Below, in pieces: positions 10,268 to 20,133 of a stretch of DNA of 36,651 nucleotides. The stretch covers positions 1 through 36,651 of the forward strand of contig CAYWRV010000001.1 of the NCBI GenBank assembly GCA_964460865.1. The letters are read 5' to 3'. This DNA comes from an uncultured Smithella sp. (GTDB lineage Bacteria; Desulfobacterota; Syntrophia; Syntrophales; Smithellaceae). The notes beneath the pieces are model-generated. The model was given only the letters and a program-made list of their open reading frames with translations, made no database searches and had not been told where the DNA came from. The position numbers and the translations under genes were made by a program. The first letter of the stretch is position 1; each line of letters begins with the position of its first letter.

Positions 10268-13003
10268 ATGAAGATGATTTTTTGCGAAAAAAAAATTGCC
10301 GCCATAATGTGCTTTTTTTTGTTGGCGCTCATTGTGGCGCTTTGTCGGCCCGCGGCAGCGGCTGCAAAAATTTACTCGATCCATTACTCGTCGCACAAAT
10401 CACAAAATGAAGCACAGGCGGAACTCGCCAAACTGCATTTGCGGGGCTATGACGGGTTAGTACGCCGGACGGATGTTCCCTCAAAAGGAGTCTGGTATCG
10501 TGTCTATCTGGGAAAATACCAAACAAGGGATGAAGCTTTTTCAGCCGGCGAGGCAATGAAGCAAAAGGGCGAAATCAGAGCGGTTTTTGTCCGTCATCTC
10601 GATGAAACAGAGCCTTCATCCGATCCTTCACCTAAAACGGAAAAACTTCAAAGCAGCACCGGCGCAACCGGGCCTGCTGCCGCAATCGTCGGTGATAAAT
10701 CATCAAAGCTATATTACATGCCGGACATGAAGGAAGCAGGGAGGGTGAAAAAGGTCAACCGGGCTTTCTTTTCCTCCGAAGAAGAGGCAATCGAACATGG
10801 TTTTACCAAGGCCGTTATCAGGTCCGGGCAAACGGCCAAAAAAGAAGCTCCGAAAAAAACTGAAAAAACATCTCGTAAATCCTTTGACGATGCAGACAAA
10901 GAGAAGGAAAAAAACAGGGAAGCTTTCAAGGCGTTAATTATGGGTGATGAAAAATTGATGCCCAATCCACCCGTTAATTTTGATGTAGATCTTGCGGATA
11001 CGGAAGAATTCGCCGTACCGGAGGACCCGCTTGCCGGCGAGCCGCCCTCTGATTCGGAAATATACAAAAAGGCGATCACTGAGTATAAAGAAAAAAAATA
11101 TGATCAGGCGCTGGTCACTTTCAAAGAGTTCATCAGTCGTGAGGACACGGATAAAGTATGGGGGCCAAGGGCGTTGCGCCACATGGCTGATTCCCACTAT
11201 TACCTTGGACTTGCCGGCGAAAAACAAAATCTGCTGATTGCCGCCGAGTTTTATAAAAACACTCTAAAAAATTTTCCCGAGCGGTACACGGAAAACAACC
11301 TTACAAGCTATCGCCTGGCAAAAACCTATGAACATTTGCAGTATTACCCGGAAGCGATAACTTATTACAGGATGCTTATCTCGAAATATCCCGAAGGACG
11401 TTATACTCCGGAGGCATACTACAAAATCGGCCTGATATATTATCTCGACGGCAAGTATAAAAAAGCGGCGGAAGGATTTATTAAGTATCTGATGAAATAC
11501 AGGGGGAAAGTTTACGGGAAGAAATCCTTTTATCTTGTCGCCCATTCTTTTTACAAATCGTTGCAGTCCGCCAACGCGGAGGTCTGGTTTCGCGATGCCC
11601 GCGCCAAATGGCCGGACTGGATTGGCGTGCCCAAAGAGATTATGCTGGACTACGTTAAGCATAAGACGTCGCTCAGACGTTTTGATGAGGCGGCTGAGGC
11701 TCTTTCCAGCTATGCGAATCTTTATCCCGACGATCAGAAAATCCGGGAGATTTTAATGCATCTGGCAGGAGCCTACCGCGATGGAGGTCAATACCAGGCA
11801 TCGCTCGCGGTCTATAACCGGATCATTGACCGATACCCCGAGACGGATGAGGCGAAAAAAAGCATGCTGGCGATGGCGGATATCGGCACTATGCATCCCG
11901 GGCTTAAAGTAGTCCGTTTTTTTAATCATATCCAATGTTACCGCGATCCGATGGACACTTATGATACGTTGATCATGAAATACGCAAAAGGGGAAATAGC
12001 CCAGCTGGCCATGCTCGGAAAGGCGGCAGCGCTGGTAAAAGAAGGCGAGTTGAGAAAGGCTGCTGATGTATATCTGGAGTTTCTGAGTCTGCACCCGGAA
12101 AGCAACAGGGAGGCCGAAGCAGCCAAAGGATTGAAAACCGTCTCGGCGCAATTGATCAAAGATTACTTCGCCAGGGAGGATTATCTGGCGGTTGCCTATG
12201 TCTATTTCAAGTCCTTCGGGGCGGTGGAGCTTCAGGCAGGGGAGTATGACGAAGTCAATAAAATTGCCACAAGCCTCAAAGAGCTCGGCCTCATGAGCGA
12301 TTATCTGATCATCCTCAACCGCTATCTGGAAGTTGCCGAAAACGAGATCCTGATCAACAAAACGACTCTGGCGATTGCCGAAGGGCTCATCATAGAGCAT
12401 AAATATGATGAGGCCATGGAGCTTTTAAACGGCTTGGCGGGAAAACCTTCCGTGCGGAAAAGTTCCCTTCTGACAGACGTTCATAAAAATTTGGCGGAAA
12501 TCGCCTACCGGAGGGAAATGTACGATCAGGCCATCGCCAATTATAACGCGGCAGACACTCTGGGACATGGTTTGCCTGACCCGGGACCAAGCTACATGAA
12601 CTACGCACGCTCGCTTACCCATGAGCAGAAAAATGATCAGGCCCTGCAGAAATATTTGCAGGCGGTCAGGCACCTGTCACAGGAAAAGCCGGCTCAGGCG
12701 ATGGCTGCCGAGGCTTACGGGCAGCTGGGCGATCTGTATCTGGGGAAAAACAATCTGCCGGGCAGCCTGGAGATGTACAAAAAGGCGCAATCCGCGATAG
12801 ACACGGAGGCGGATTTGAAAATCTGGCCGCAGTTTCTAACCGGCATGGTGTATTTGAAAATGAACAGAGATGAACAGGCGCAGGGTATCTTTGCCCAGGT
12901 GAAAGCCGGGGCGGGCGCAGAAGGGTTCTGGTCCAATCTGGTTGATTTCTATATAGCCGATTTCAAATGGTGGAGCACCTATGGAGACATGGTCAAACCC
13001 TGA
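10268..13003 (+). CDS. Secreted SPOR-domain plus multi-TPR protein (about 911 aa), function unknown
   Basis: N-terminal signal-like segment MKMIFCEKKIAAIMCFFLLALIVALCRPAAAAA. A SPOR-like domain follows (YSIHYSSHKSQNEAQAELAKL...VWYRVYLGKYQTRDEAFSAGEAMK), then a K/E-rich linker and more than 600 aa of TPR-like repeats (YbgF-like Y/A/L periodicity). Confidence 0.75.
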   Translation: MKMIFCEKKIAAIMCFFLLALIVALCRPAAAAAKIYSIHYSSHKSQNEAQAELAKLHLRGYDGLVRRTDVPSKGVWYRVYLGKYQTRDEAFSAGEAMKQKGEIRAVFVRHLDETEPSSDPSPKTEKLQSSTGATGPAAAIVGDKSSKLYYMPDMKEAGRVKKVNRAFFSSEEEAIEHGFTKAVIRSGQTAKKEAPKKTEKTSRKSFDDADKEKEKNREAFKALIMGDEKLMPNPPVNFDVDLADTEEFAVPEDPLAGEPPSDSEIYKKAITEYKEKKYDQALVTFKEFISREDTDKVWGPRALRHMADSHYYLGLAGEKQNLLIAAEFYKNTLKNFPERYTENNLTSYRLAKTYEHLQYYPEAITYYRMLISKYPEGRYTPEAYYKIGLIYYLDGKYKKAAEGFIKYLMKYRGKVYGKKSFYLVAHSFYKSLQSANAEVWFRDARAKWPDWIGVPKEIMLDYVKHKTSLRRFDEAAEALSSYANLYPDDQKIREILMHLAGAYRDGGQYQASLAVYNRIIDRYPETDEAKKSMLAMADIGTMHPGLKVVRFFNHIQCYRDPMDTYDTLIMKYAKGEIAQLAMLGKAAALVKEGELRKAADVYLEFLSLHPESNREAEAAKGLKTVSAQLIKDYFAREDYLAVAYVYFKSFGAVELQAGEYDEVNKIATSLKELGLMSDYLIILNRYLEVAENEILINKTTLAIAEGLIIEHKYDEAMELLNGLAGKPSVRKSSLLTDVHKNLAEIAYRREMYDQAIANYNAADTLGHGLPDPGPSYMNYARSLTHEQKNDQALQKYLQAVRHLSQEKPAQAMAAEAYGQLGDLYLGKNNLPGSLEMYKKAQSAIDTEADLKIWPQFLTGMVYLKMNRDEQAQGIFAQVKAGAGAEGFWSNLVDFYIADFKWWSTYGDMVKP

Positions 13004-14243
13004 AGAAAAAAACGGGGAAAGCCTGCAGGACATAGTACAGCTTAAGCAGTCTTTTGACAGCTTCAACAAGGCAACCGCCGAGCTGCAGCGAGCCTACGCG
13101 AGGCTGGAAGAGCGATTCGCTCTTTTGAACCGCGAGCTGGAAAGAAAAAATGAGGAGCTCCTGGCGAATGTCGAAGAAAAAGAACGCACAAAGAACTATC
13201 TGCAAAATATTCTCGAAAGCCTCATAAATGGCGTCATAGTTACGGACACGGAAGGAAGAATTCTGACGCTCAACACCTGCGCGGAAACACTCACCGGCAT
13301 CCGCGAGGAGGAAGCAGCAGGCTTGCATGCGGGTATTTTGTTTGATTTAGTCCCTGAAGGGGGCAAACCGGCCGCGGATCCGATGCTGCGTTTCACTTCG
13401 GAGGCGGGTATCAAGGTAAAGACGCGCGAGCGCATACTGGAGATATTCTGCTCGCCTTTTAAATCACCGTCGGGAGAGTTGATTGGTCATGTCCTGGTCG
13501 TGCGCGATATTACCCAGATTGAAATGCTCCAGGAGATGGCCAGGCGTACGGAAAAATTCGCAGCCATGGGTGAGATGGCGGCCAATATCGCCCACGAGGT
13601 CCGAAACCCCCTGGGCAGCATCCAGCTTTACGCCTCCCTGCTTTTGAAAAGCCTCTCCGATGAAAAGAATCGTTTGCGGGCCGGACAGATCATATCGTCG
13701 GTCAAAAATGTAGACAATAAAATCTCCAACCTGCTTTTGTTCACCCGAAGGCCCGAGCCACAGATGAAAGAAGTTCAGTTGGACCGGATATTAAATGAGG
13801 TTATCGAGTTTTCCGAACAGATCATCGAGCAGGCGGGTATCGAAATATCAGTTCACATGGATAAAAATGAAATTTTCATCATGGCCGACGCGGAGATGAT
13901 AAAACAGATATTCCTGAATGTGATCCTCAACTCTCAACAGGCCATGCCGGACGGGGGAAGGATAACCATCATCACCCGCCTGGCGCCCGGGAGCCTTCCC
14001 GCAGGGCAGGCGCGGATGGTGGAAATCATTTTCAGGGATGCGGGGCCGGGTATCCCGCGAGCGGACATTTCACGGATTTTTGATCCTTTTTTTACGACAA
14101 AAGATAACGGCTCCGGCCTGGGGCTGGCCATTGTCCACAATATAGTCAGTGAACATAAAGGCTTGATTACGGTGGACAACGCGCCTGAAGGGGGCATGAT
14201 GGTCAACATCAGCCTGCCGGTCGCAAAGTATTGCCAATCATGA
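12981..14243 (+). CDS. Soluble PAS sensor histidine kinase (FlrB/FleS/NtrB-like)
   Basis: 420-aa ORF with no TM segment. It has a coiled coil, a PAS domain (INGVIVTDTEGRILTLN), the H-box IAHEVRNPLGS and G-boxes DAGPGI and GSGLGLAI. It overlaps the upstream gene by 23 nt. Confidence 0.88.
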   Translation: METWSNPEEKNGESLQDIVQLKQSFDSFNKATAELQRAYARLEERFALLNRELERKNEELLANVEEKERTKNYLQNILESLINGVIVTDTEGRILTLNTCAETLTGIREEEAAGLHAGILFDLVPEGGKPAADPMLRFTSEAGIKVKTRERILEIFCSPFKSPSGELIGHVLVVRDITQIEMLQEMARRTEKFAAMGEMAANIAHEVRNPLGSIQLYASLLLKSLSDEKNRLRAGQIISSVKNVDNKISNLLLFTRRPEPQMKEVQLDRILNEVIEFSEQIIEQAGIEISVHMDKNEIFIMADAEMIKQIFLNVILNSQQAMPDGGRITIITRLAPGSLPAGQARMVEIIFRDAGPGIPRADISRIFDPFFTTKDNGSGLGLAIVHNIVSEHKGLITVDNAPEGGMMVNISLPVAKYCQS

Positions 14244-14258
14244 AGGAGATGCGCGTAA

Positions 14259-15671
14259 ATGCCTGATCCCCAGAGACTGCTCATTGTCGATGACGATTCT
14301 TCGATGCGTATGGCCCTGTATGAGTCACTGACCAGCTGCGGCTACGAAGTGGAGACGGCGGAAAATGGCGCCGATGCGCTGACCAAGTTCAAAGAAGGCA
14401 ACTTTGCCGGGGTGGTCACCGACATGCGTATGCCCAAAATGAGCGGCATGGATGTTTTAAAAGGCGTCAAACGGATATCACCTGAAACACCTGTTATCCT
14501 GATTACCGCCTACGGCACGGTGAGCACCGCGGTCGATGCGATGAAAGAAGGCGCCTCCGAATTCATCATGAAGCCCTTTTCGCTCGATGATCTGGAGTTT
14601 GCCGTCAAAAATGTCCTGGCCGCCGGCGCCCGGTCCAAAGAAGACAAAGGGGGGACGGGAGATGAAGCAAGCTATCCGATTCGAGAGATTATTACACAAG
14701 ACCGGAAAATAATTGATCTGCTCGATATGCTCAAAACAGTCGCTGGAAGCAAATCCAGTGTTCTCATAGAGGGCGAGAGTGGTACGGGAAAAGAACTCTT
14801 CGCCCGTTTTGTCTACCGCCACAGCAGCCGGCGCCGGATGCCCTTTGTGGCCGTGAACTGCGCGGCAATACCTGCACAATTACTCGAAAGTGAAATGTTC
14901 GGCTACGAAAAAGGGGCCTTCACCGGCGCAGCAGTCAAAAAGTTGGGCAAGTTCGAGCTTGCCGACGGGGGAACGCTTCTGCTGGATGAAATATCGGAGA
15001 TGGATATCAATCTGCAGGCCAAGCTTCTGCGGGTCATCCAGGAATCGGAAGTAGATCGTTTAGGCGGCAAAATGCCGGTTTCCGTCGATGTTCGTATCAT
15101 CGCGACCACCAACGCGAATCTGCTGGAGCGCATCGAAGAAAAAACATTTCGTAGCGATCTTTACTATCGCCTCAATGTCATACCGGTCAGGGTTCCACCT
15201 CTTCGTGACAGAAGCGGGGACATTACCCTTTTGGCGGACCACTTCCTCATGAAATACAGTGAGATTAACGAAAAAGAAATGCCCGTTCTCACAGAGGCGG
15301 CAAAGGAGGTGCTCCATTCTCATAGTTGGCCGGGAAATGTCCGTGAGCTCGAAAACATCATCGAAAGGGCGGTGCTGATCTGCCAAAACGGCCGTATCCT
15401 GCCCGAAGATCTGTTGATGGATGCAGGTCAGGGAGGGGGATCATCACCAAAAAATGATGAGCGGGAAATCTTTCAGTTACGCCAGGAAATTGACGCAGAG
15501 GAGGAAAATACACTCCGGGAAATGGAAAAGAAAATGATTTTCAGCACACTGGACAGGGTGAACTGGAATAAAACGAAAGCATCCCGGATCTTGGGCATCA
15601 GCGTACGTACCATGCGTAATAAATTGAATGAATATGGCTTCAATGACAAGGCGGAAGAGGCTGAGAAATAA
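14259..15671 (+). CDS. sigma-54-dependent response regulator (NtrC family; FlrC/FleR-like)
   Basis: 470-aa ORF with a receiver domain (LLIVDDDSSMR, VTDMRMPKMSG), an AAA+ domain with Walker A GESGTGKE and the GAFTGA loop, and a C-terminal Fis-type HTH (ASRILGISVRTMRNKL). Confidence 0.92.
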   Translation: MPDPQRLLIVDDDSSMRMALYESLTSCGYEVETAENGADALTKFKEGNFAGVVTDMRMPKMSGMDVLKGVKRISPETPVILITAYGTVSTAVDAMKEGASEFIMKPFSLDDLEFAVKNVLAAGARSKEDKGGTGDEASYPIREIITQDRKIIDLLDMLKTVAGSKSSVLIEGESGTGKELFARFVYRHSSRRRMPFVAVNCAAIPAQLLESEMFGYEKGAFTGAAVKKLGKFELADGGTLLLDEISEMDINLQAKLLRVIQESEVDRLGGKMPVSVDVRIIATTNANLLERIEEKTFRSDLYYRLNVIPVRVPPLRDRSGDITLLADHFLMKYSEINEKEMPVLTEAAKEVLHSHSWPGNVRELENIIERAVLICQNGRILPEDLLMDAGQGGGSSPKNDEREIFQLRQEIDAEEENTLREMEKKMIFSTLDRVNWNKTKASRILGISVRTMRNKLNEYGFNDKAEEAEK

Positions 15672-15675
15672 ATCG

Positions 15676-15691
15676 TGGTACATGATTTGCT
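15676..15691 (+). promoter_or_regulatory. sigma-54 (-24/-12) promoter of flgBC-fliEFGHIJ
   Basis: TGGTAC-ATGAT-TTGCT, located 5 nt after the regulator stop codon and 25 nt upstream of the flgB ATG. Confidence 0.78.
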
Positions 15692-15715
15692 AGTTGAACG
15701 ATCAGAGGAGCTTTT

Positions 15716-16096
15716 ATGGAGCCGTTATTCGGAAAAACTTTTAATTTATTGTCTACGATGATGGACTACCGGTCCGAGCGCCACAAAGTCATCTCATCTA
15801 ATATCGCCAATTTAGACACGCCCGGATATAAGGAGGCGGATTATGTCTTCAAAGACGACCTTAAAAAAGCGATGGACATCCGCCTTAACCTCACAAGAAC
15901 AGATGAGAAACATTTTCCCAATGCGCCGGACGAAATTTCCAGAAACGACTTTAAAAAAGTGACATCGGATGAAAAAGTTGACCTCGACATACAGATGGCC
16001 AATTTATCTGAAAATCATTTAATGTACAATTTAACTGCGGAGATCATCTCACGAAAATTCAAGACCATCCGCAATGTTTTGGGAGAAGCTAAGTAA
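15716..16096 (+). CDS. flgB: Flagellar basal-body rod protein FlgB
   Basis: 126-aa ORF with the rod-family N-terminal motif SSNIANLDTPGYK. RBS is GAGGAG. Confidence 0.92.
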   Translation: MEPLFGKTFNLLSTMMDYRSERHKVISSNIANLDTPGYKEADYVFKDDLKKAMDIRLNLTRTDEKHFPNAPDEISRNDFKKVTSDEKVDLDIQMANLSENHLMYNLTAEIISRKFKTIRNVLGEAK

Positions 16097-16521
16097 TGGA
16101 ATTCTTTACGGCATTTAAAATTACAAGCAGCGGTCTGGCGGCTCAGCGAAAAAAAATGGACGTCATCACCGGCAATATCGCCAATGCCTCCACAACCAGC
16201 ACGCCCGAGGGAGGTCCCTACAAGAGAAAGGTGATTTCCCTGGCGGCCGATCCGCTGGAAAAAGGATTCGACCGGGAGCTCAAGGATGCGGTCAATGCGG
16301 TTAAGGTTGCACAAGTAGTTGAAACCACTAATGATTTTAAAAAGGTTTTTGATCCGGCGCACCCGGATGCTGACGCGGATGGTTTTGTGACCATGCCCAA
16401 TGTTAATCTGATGCTCGAGATGACCGAGCTTATCACCGCCTCGCGCGCCTACGAGGCAAACGCCTCAGCCTTTGACGCGGTGAAAAGCATGGCACTCAAG
16501 GCAATAGATATCGGCAAATAA
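16096..16521 (+). CDS. flgC: Flagellar basal-body rod protein FlgC
   Basis: 141-aa ORF with GNIANASTT and the C-terminal ASRAYEAN motif. It overlaps flgB via TAATG. Confidence 0.93.
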   Translation: MEFFTAFKITSSGLAAQRKKMDVITGNIANASTTSTPEGGPYKRKVISLAADPLEKGFDRELKDAVNAVKVAQVVETTNDFKKVFDPAHPDADADGFVTMPNVNLMLEMTELITASRAYEANASAFDAVKSMALKAIDIGK

Positions 16522-16545
16522 ATTTAAGGTTAAGGAGTCAAAGAT

Positions 16546-16863
16546 ATGACGGACGACTTGATGGTACGAAGCTCCCTGGAAAGACTGAAATCTCCAGGCA
16601 TGGTCGAGCCTCAGAAATCCGGCGGGGACAAAGTGCCCGGAGGGCCTTCCTTCGGCTCTGTGCTGAAAAATACCATTATGGAAATCAACACTCTGCAAAA
16701 CGATGCGGACAAAGTTATCGCCAATGTCCAGCTCGAGGATGCGGGTTCCATTCATGAGGCGATGATCGCGCTGGAAAAGGCGGGGATCTCCTTTCAGGTG
16801 ATGATGCAGGTGCGCAACAAGATTCTTGATGCCTATCAGGAAGTAATGCGCATGCAGGTTTAG
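16546..16863 (+). CDS. fliE: Flagellar hook-basal body complex protein FliE
   Basis: 105-aa ORF with FGSVLKNTI...IHEAMIALEKAGISFQVMMQVRNKILDAYQEVMRMQV, typical of FliE. Confidence 0.92.
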   Translation: MTDDLMVRSSLERLKSPGMVEPQKSGGDKVPGGPSFGSVLKNTIMEINTLQNDADKVIANVQLEDAGSIHEAMIALEKAGISFQVMMQVRNKILDAYQEVMRMQV

Positions 16864-16888
16864 CAAGTTCCTTTTGGCGGGATAATAA

Positions 16889-18427
16889 ATGGATTCGATC
16901 ATACAGTACTGGAACAAACTCTGGAGCGGGTTCGATGCGTTGACTCCAGGTAAAAAAGCATCCGTTATTTTTGTTTTTATTTTGACGGTTGCAAGCATTT
17001 TCCTGCTGGTCTATCTGACGGCACAGACGGAATACCGTGTCTTGTTTTCGAACCTCTCTCAGGAGGATGCCGGCAATATTGTCACCAAATTAAATGAACA
17101 GAAAATCTCCTACAAACTTTCCGCTTCAGGTACGGCGATATCCGTCCCTTCCGACAAAATTGCACAACTTCGGCTGGAGCTTGCGGCTTCCGGTCTACCG
17201 CAGGGAGGCGGAGTCGGATTTGAAATATTTGACACCAAAACACTCGGGGCGACCGAGTTCGAGCAGCAGCTCAACTATCGCCGCGCCCTCCAGGGCGAGT
17301 TGGCGCGGACAATAAACAGCCTCGATGAAATCCAATCCAGCCGTGTACACATTGCGCTTCCCAAGGATTCTCTGTTTACCGATCAGCAGAAAAAGGCGAC
17401 CGCATCAGTTGCATTGAGGCTGAAGCCCGGCAAAACCCTGCGTCAGGCGCAAATCGAGGGTATCGTAAACCTGGTGGCAAGCTCCATCGAAGGAATGAAC
17501 CCGGAAGATGTCATGGTTGTGGATTCACGCGGCACAACACTTTCCACCAGGCATAGTGACAGCAAGCTGTCAAAGCTTACCGCCCAGCAGATTGACTTCC
17601 AGAGGAATATGGAAAAAGACCTGGCCGCACGTATACAGACGATGCTGGAAAATGTCGTCGGGCAGGGGAAAGCTGCCGTGCGTGTCACGGCGGAGCTTGA
17701 TTTCCGTGTCATGGAGAAAACGGAAGAGAGCTACGATCCGGAAGCGCAGGTCGTCAGGAGCACGCAGAGAAATTCTGAGGTCGAAAATGCCGTAAGCGCA
17801 GCCGGCGCTGTGTCGGACAATCCCAAAAAGGAAAGAATTGACGAAATCATTAATTACGAAATTAACAAAGTCGTAAGCAAAACCGTCATGCCGGTCGGGG
17901 AAACGAAAAAACTTTCTATTGCCGTGCTGGTGGACGGCAGATACAAAAAAAATGACAATAATGAAGAAGTTTACGAACCGCTTCCGAAAAACGAAATTGA
18001 AGCCCTGGAAGATCTTGTAAAGAAATCCGCCGGTATCGATCCGCAAAGAGGCGATCAGGTTGTCGTCACCAATATGCCCTTCAGGAAAGCAGTCATGGAA
18101 GAGTCTGAACCTGCTTCTTTAAAGGAAAATATTGAAACATTTTCACCTGTTTTTAAGTATATCGGAATTTTTGCCCTCATCGGCTTCATTGCATTGTTTG
18201 TTCTTCGCCCCCTGCTCAAAAACGTTGCCGAAAGCGCCCGGACCGGTCCGGCATTACAAAGAGCCCCTGCAGGCGCGCCTCCGGGTGATTACGCAGCGCA
18301 GGCTGCTGAAGAAACCCTTCGTCAGGCACAGGCCCAACGCCAGATGAGCGACACGGAGATTGCCAGGCAACTGGCCAAAGCTGATGCCAAGCAATTTGCC
18401 GATATTTTGAGAAACTGGATCAAGTAA
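16889..18427 (+). CDS. fliF: Flagellar MS-ring protein FliF
   Basis: 512-aa ORF with an N-terminal TM, YscJ/FliF ring-building motifs (VHIALPKDSLF), a second TM and a C-terminal FliG-binding tail. Confidence 0.93.
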   Translation: MDSIIQYWNKLWSGFDALTPGKKASVIFVFILTVASIFLLVYLTAQTEYRVLFSNLSQEDAGNIVTKLNEQKISYKLSASGTAISVPSDKIAQLRLELAASGLPQGGGVGFEIFDTKTLGATEFEQQLNYRRALQGELARTINSLDEIQSSRVHIALPKDSLFTDQQKKATASVALRLKPGKTLRQAQIEGIVNLVASSIEGMNPEDVMVVDSRGTTLSTRHSDSKLSKLTAQQIDFQRNMEKDLAARIQTMLENVVGQGKAAVRVTAELDFRVMEKTEESYDPEAQVVRSTQRNSEVENAVSAAGAVSDNPKKERIDEIINYEINKVVSKTVMPVGETKKLSIAVLVDGRYKKNDNNEEVYEPLPKNEIEALEDLVKKSAGIDPQRGDQVVVTNMPFRKAVMEESEPASLKENIETFSPVFKYIGIFALIGFIALFVLRPLLKNVAESARTGPALQRAPAGAPPGDYAAQAAEETLRQAQAQRQMSDTEIARQLAKADAKQFADILRNWIK

Positions 18428-18467
18428 GCACCGTTAATGCTGGAAAAAAAATTAACTTGTCGGAGTA

Positions 18468-19463
18468 GTGATGACCGGGGAAGAAAAAGCGGCGATACTA
18501 CTTTTATCGCTGGATGAAGACATAGCGGCCGAAGTGATGAAAAATCTGACTCCGTCGGAAATCAGGCGTCTGGGGAGAGAAATGGGCCGCGTATCCAATA
18601 TTCCCGCAGAGACGGTCAACTCTGTGGCCACGGAGTTCTGCACCATGGCAAAAGAACAGGGAGGCACGATAATTGTTCGTGACGGAACGCCCAAGGCGCT
18701 GATGGTCAAGGCGCTCGGAGAAAAAAACGCCGAGACGATCATCAACGAGGTGGGTGTCGCGGCCTTTGACAACCCGATTGTGGACAGGCTCCATGAAATC
18801 GATTCCAAAGTGCTGGCGGAGTTTACACGCACCGAACACCCGCAAACCATCGCCCTGATCCTTGTCCATCTCAAGCCGGAAAAGGCGGCGGAGGTGCTGG
18901 AGCATTTTTCGCCGGCTATTCAGTATGAAGCAACCAAACGTATGGCCACGCTCAAAAGCGTTCCGCGTGAATTTATCGAAGAGGTGGCCAAAACGCTGGA
19001 AAAGGAGCTGATCAGCGGGAACTCGAGTGACCTGCAAATGGGAGGCGTACAGGTGATGGCCGATATTCTCAACCGGATGAACCGTGCCACGGAAAGCGGC
19101 ATTATGACTTCCCTTGAGGATTCAGATCCGGAGCTGGCCGCACAGATCCGCAATTTTATGTTCAGCTTCGAGGATGTTCTGAAGCTCGACGATAAATCGC
19201 TCCAGGAGTTGATGAAAGATGTCAGCACGGAAGATCTTGCCCGGGCGCTGAAAATAGTCGACGAAGGGCAGCGCGAGAAAATCTATAAAAACATCTCCAA
19301 ACGCGGTGCGGAAATGCTCAAGGAAGAGATTGCCCTGATGCCGCCGATTCGGCTCTCAGAGGTGGAAGCAAGTCAGAGAAAAATTGTCGATACGACGAAA
19401 AGACTCGAGTCGGAAGGCAGGATTGTAATTCTGCGTGGTGATGAGAAGGATGGATTTATATAA
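18468..19463 (+). CDS. fliG: Flagellar motor switch protein FliG
   Basis: 331-aa ORF with EKAAILLLSL at the N-terminus and the conserved MFxF-type motif (IRNFMFSFEDV). Confidence 0.94.
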   Translation: MMTGEEKAAILLLSLDEDIAAEVMKNLTPSEIRRLGREMGRVSNIPAETVNSVATEFCTMAKEQGGTIIVRDGTPKALMVKALGEKNAETIINEVGVAAFDNPIVDRLHEIDSKVLAEFTRTEHPQTIALILVHLKPEKAAEVLEHFSPAIQYEATKRMATLKSVPREFIEEVAKTLEKELISGNSSDLQMGGVQVMADILNRMNRATESGIMTSLEDSDPELAAQIRNFMFSFEDVLKLDDKSLQELMKDVSTEDLARALKIVDEGQREKIYKNISKRGAEMLKEEIALMPPIRLSEVEASQRKIVDTTKRLESEGRIVILRGDEKDGFI

Positions 19464-20133
19464 AAAAAATGTGATCAAGGCCGGCCAGATCATTGAAACA
19501 GGAAAGACCGTCCCCTTATCCGGTGTGGACAAAGGCGGCACACCCGCCACCGGGCGGCGCGGGCTGCCGGGAAAGCCCGACGCAGCGGAAGCTCACGCCG
19601 ATGAAACTAAAACAATTCAGCTGACCCGGGGCGAGCTCACCAGACGTGAACAGGATGCCTACCAAAAAGGACATGCCGACGGCCTCAAGGCCCAGGGCAA
19701 AGAAATCGCCGCAAAGCTTGAAGTGCTTACGGCTACGGCAAGAGCGATACCAGGGATAAAAAAGGATATTCTGGAAAAAGGTGAAGAGCAGATAGTGAGA
19801 CTCGCTTTTGCCATTGCCGAAAAAGTTATTCACCAGGAAGTGACCACGCACAAAGATGTCATTTTAGGAGTTTTGAAGGAAGCGCTGAAAAATGTAGCCG
19901 ATACGGAAGGGATCAAAATTCATCTGCACCCGCAGGATTTTCGCTACATGATGGAAGTTAAAAAGGATTTTCTTCAGTCCTTTGACGGCATACGCAATAT
20001 GGTCTTTGAAGAAGACTCTTCCGTGAAAAGAGGCGGTGTCGTGGTTCAGACCATGTTCGGCGAAGTCGATGCCCGCCTGGAAAGCCAGCTCAAAGAAATA
20101 AAGGCGGCAATGCTTCCGTCCAGGAAGGGATGA
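19435..20133 (+). CDS. fliH: Flagellar assembly protein FliH
   Basis: 232-aa ORF from the ORF-track GTG start; ATG 19441 or 19450 is more likely. It has a FliH/YscL-like C-terminal half (IVRLAFAIAEKVIHQEV...GGVVVQT) and sits between fliG and fliI. Confidence 0.85.
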   Translation: MVMRRMDLYKKNVIKAGQIIETGKTVPLSGVDKGGTPATGRRGLPGKPDAAEAHADETKTIQLTRGELTRREQDAYQKGHADGLKAQGKEIAAKLEVLTATARAIPGIKKDILEKGEEQIVRLAFAIAEKVIHQEVTTHKDVILGVLKEALKNVADTEGIKIHLHPQDFRYMMEVKKDFLQSFDGIRNMVFEEDSSVKRGGVVVQTMFGEVDARLESQLKEIKAAMLPSRKG

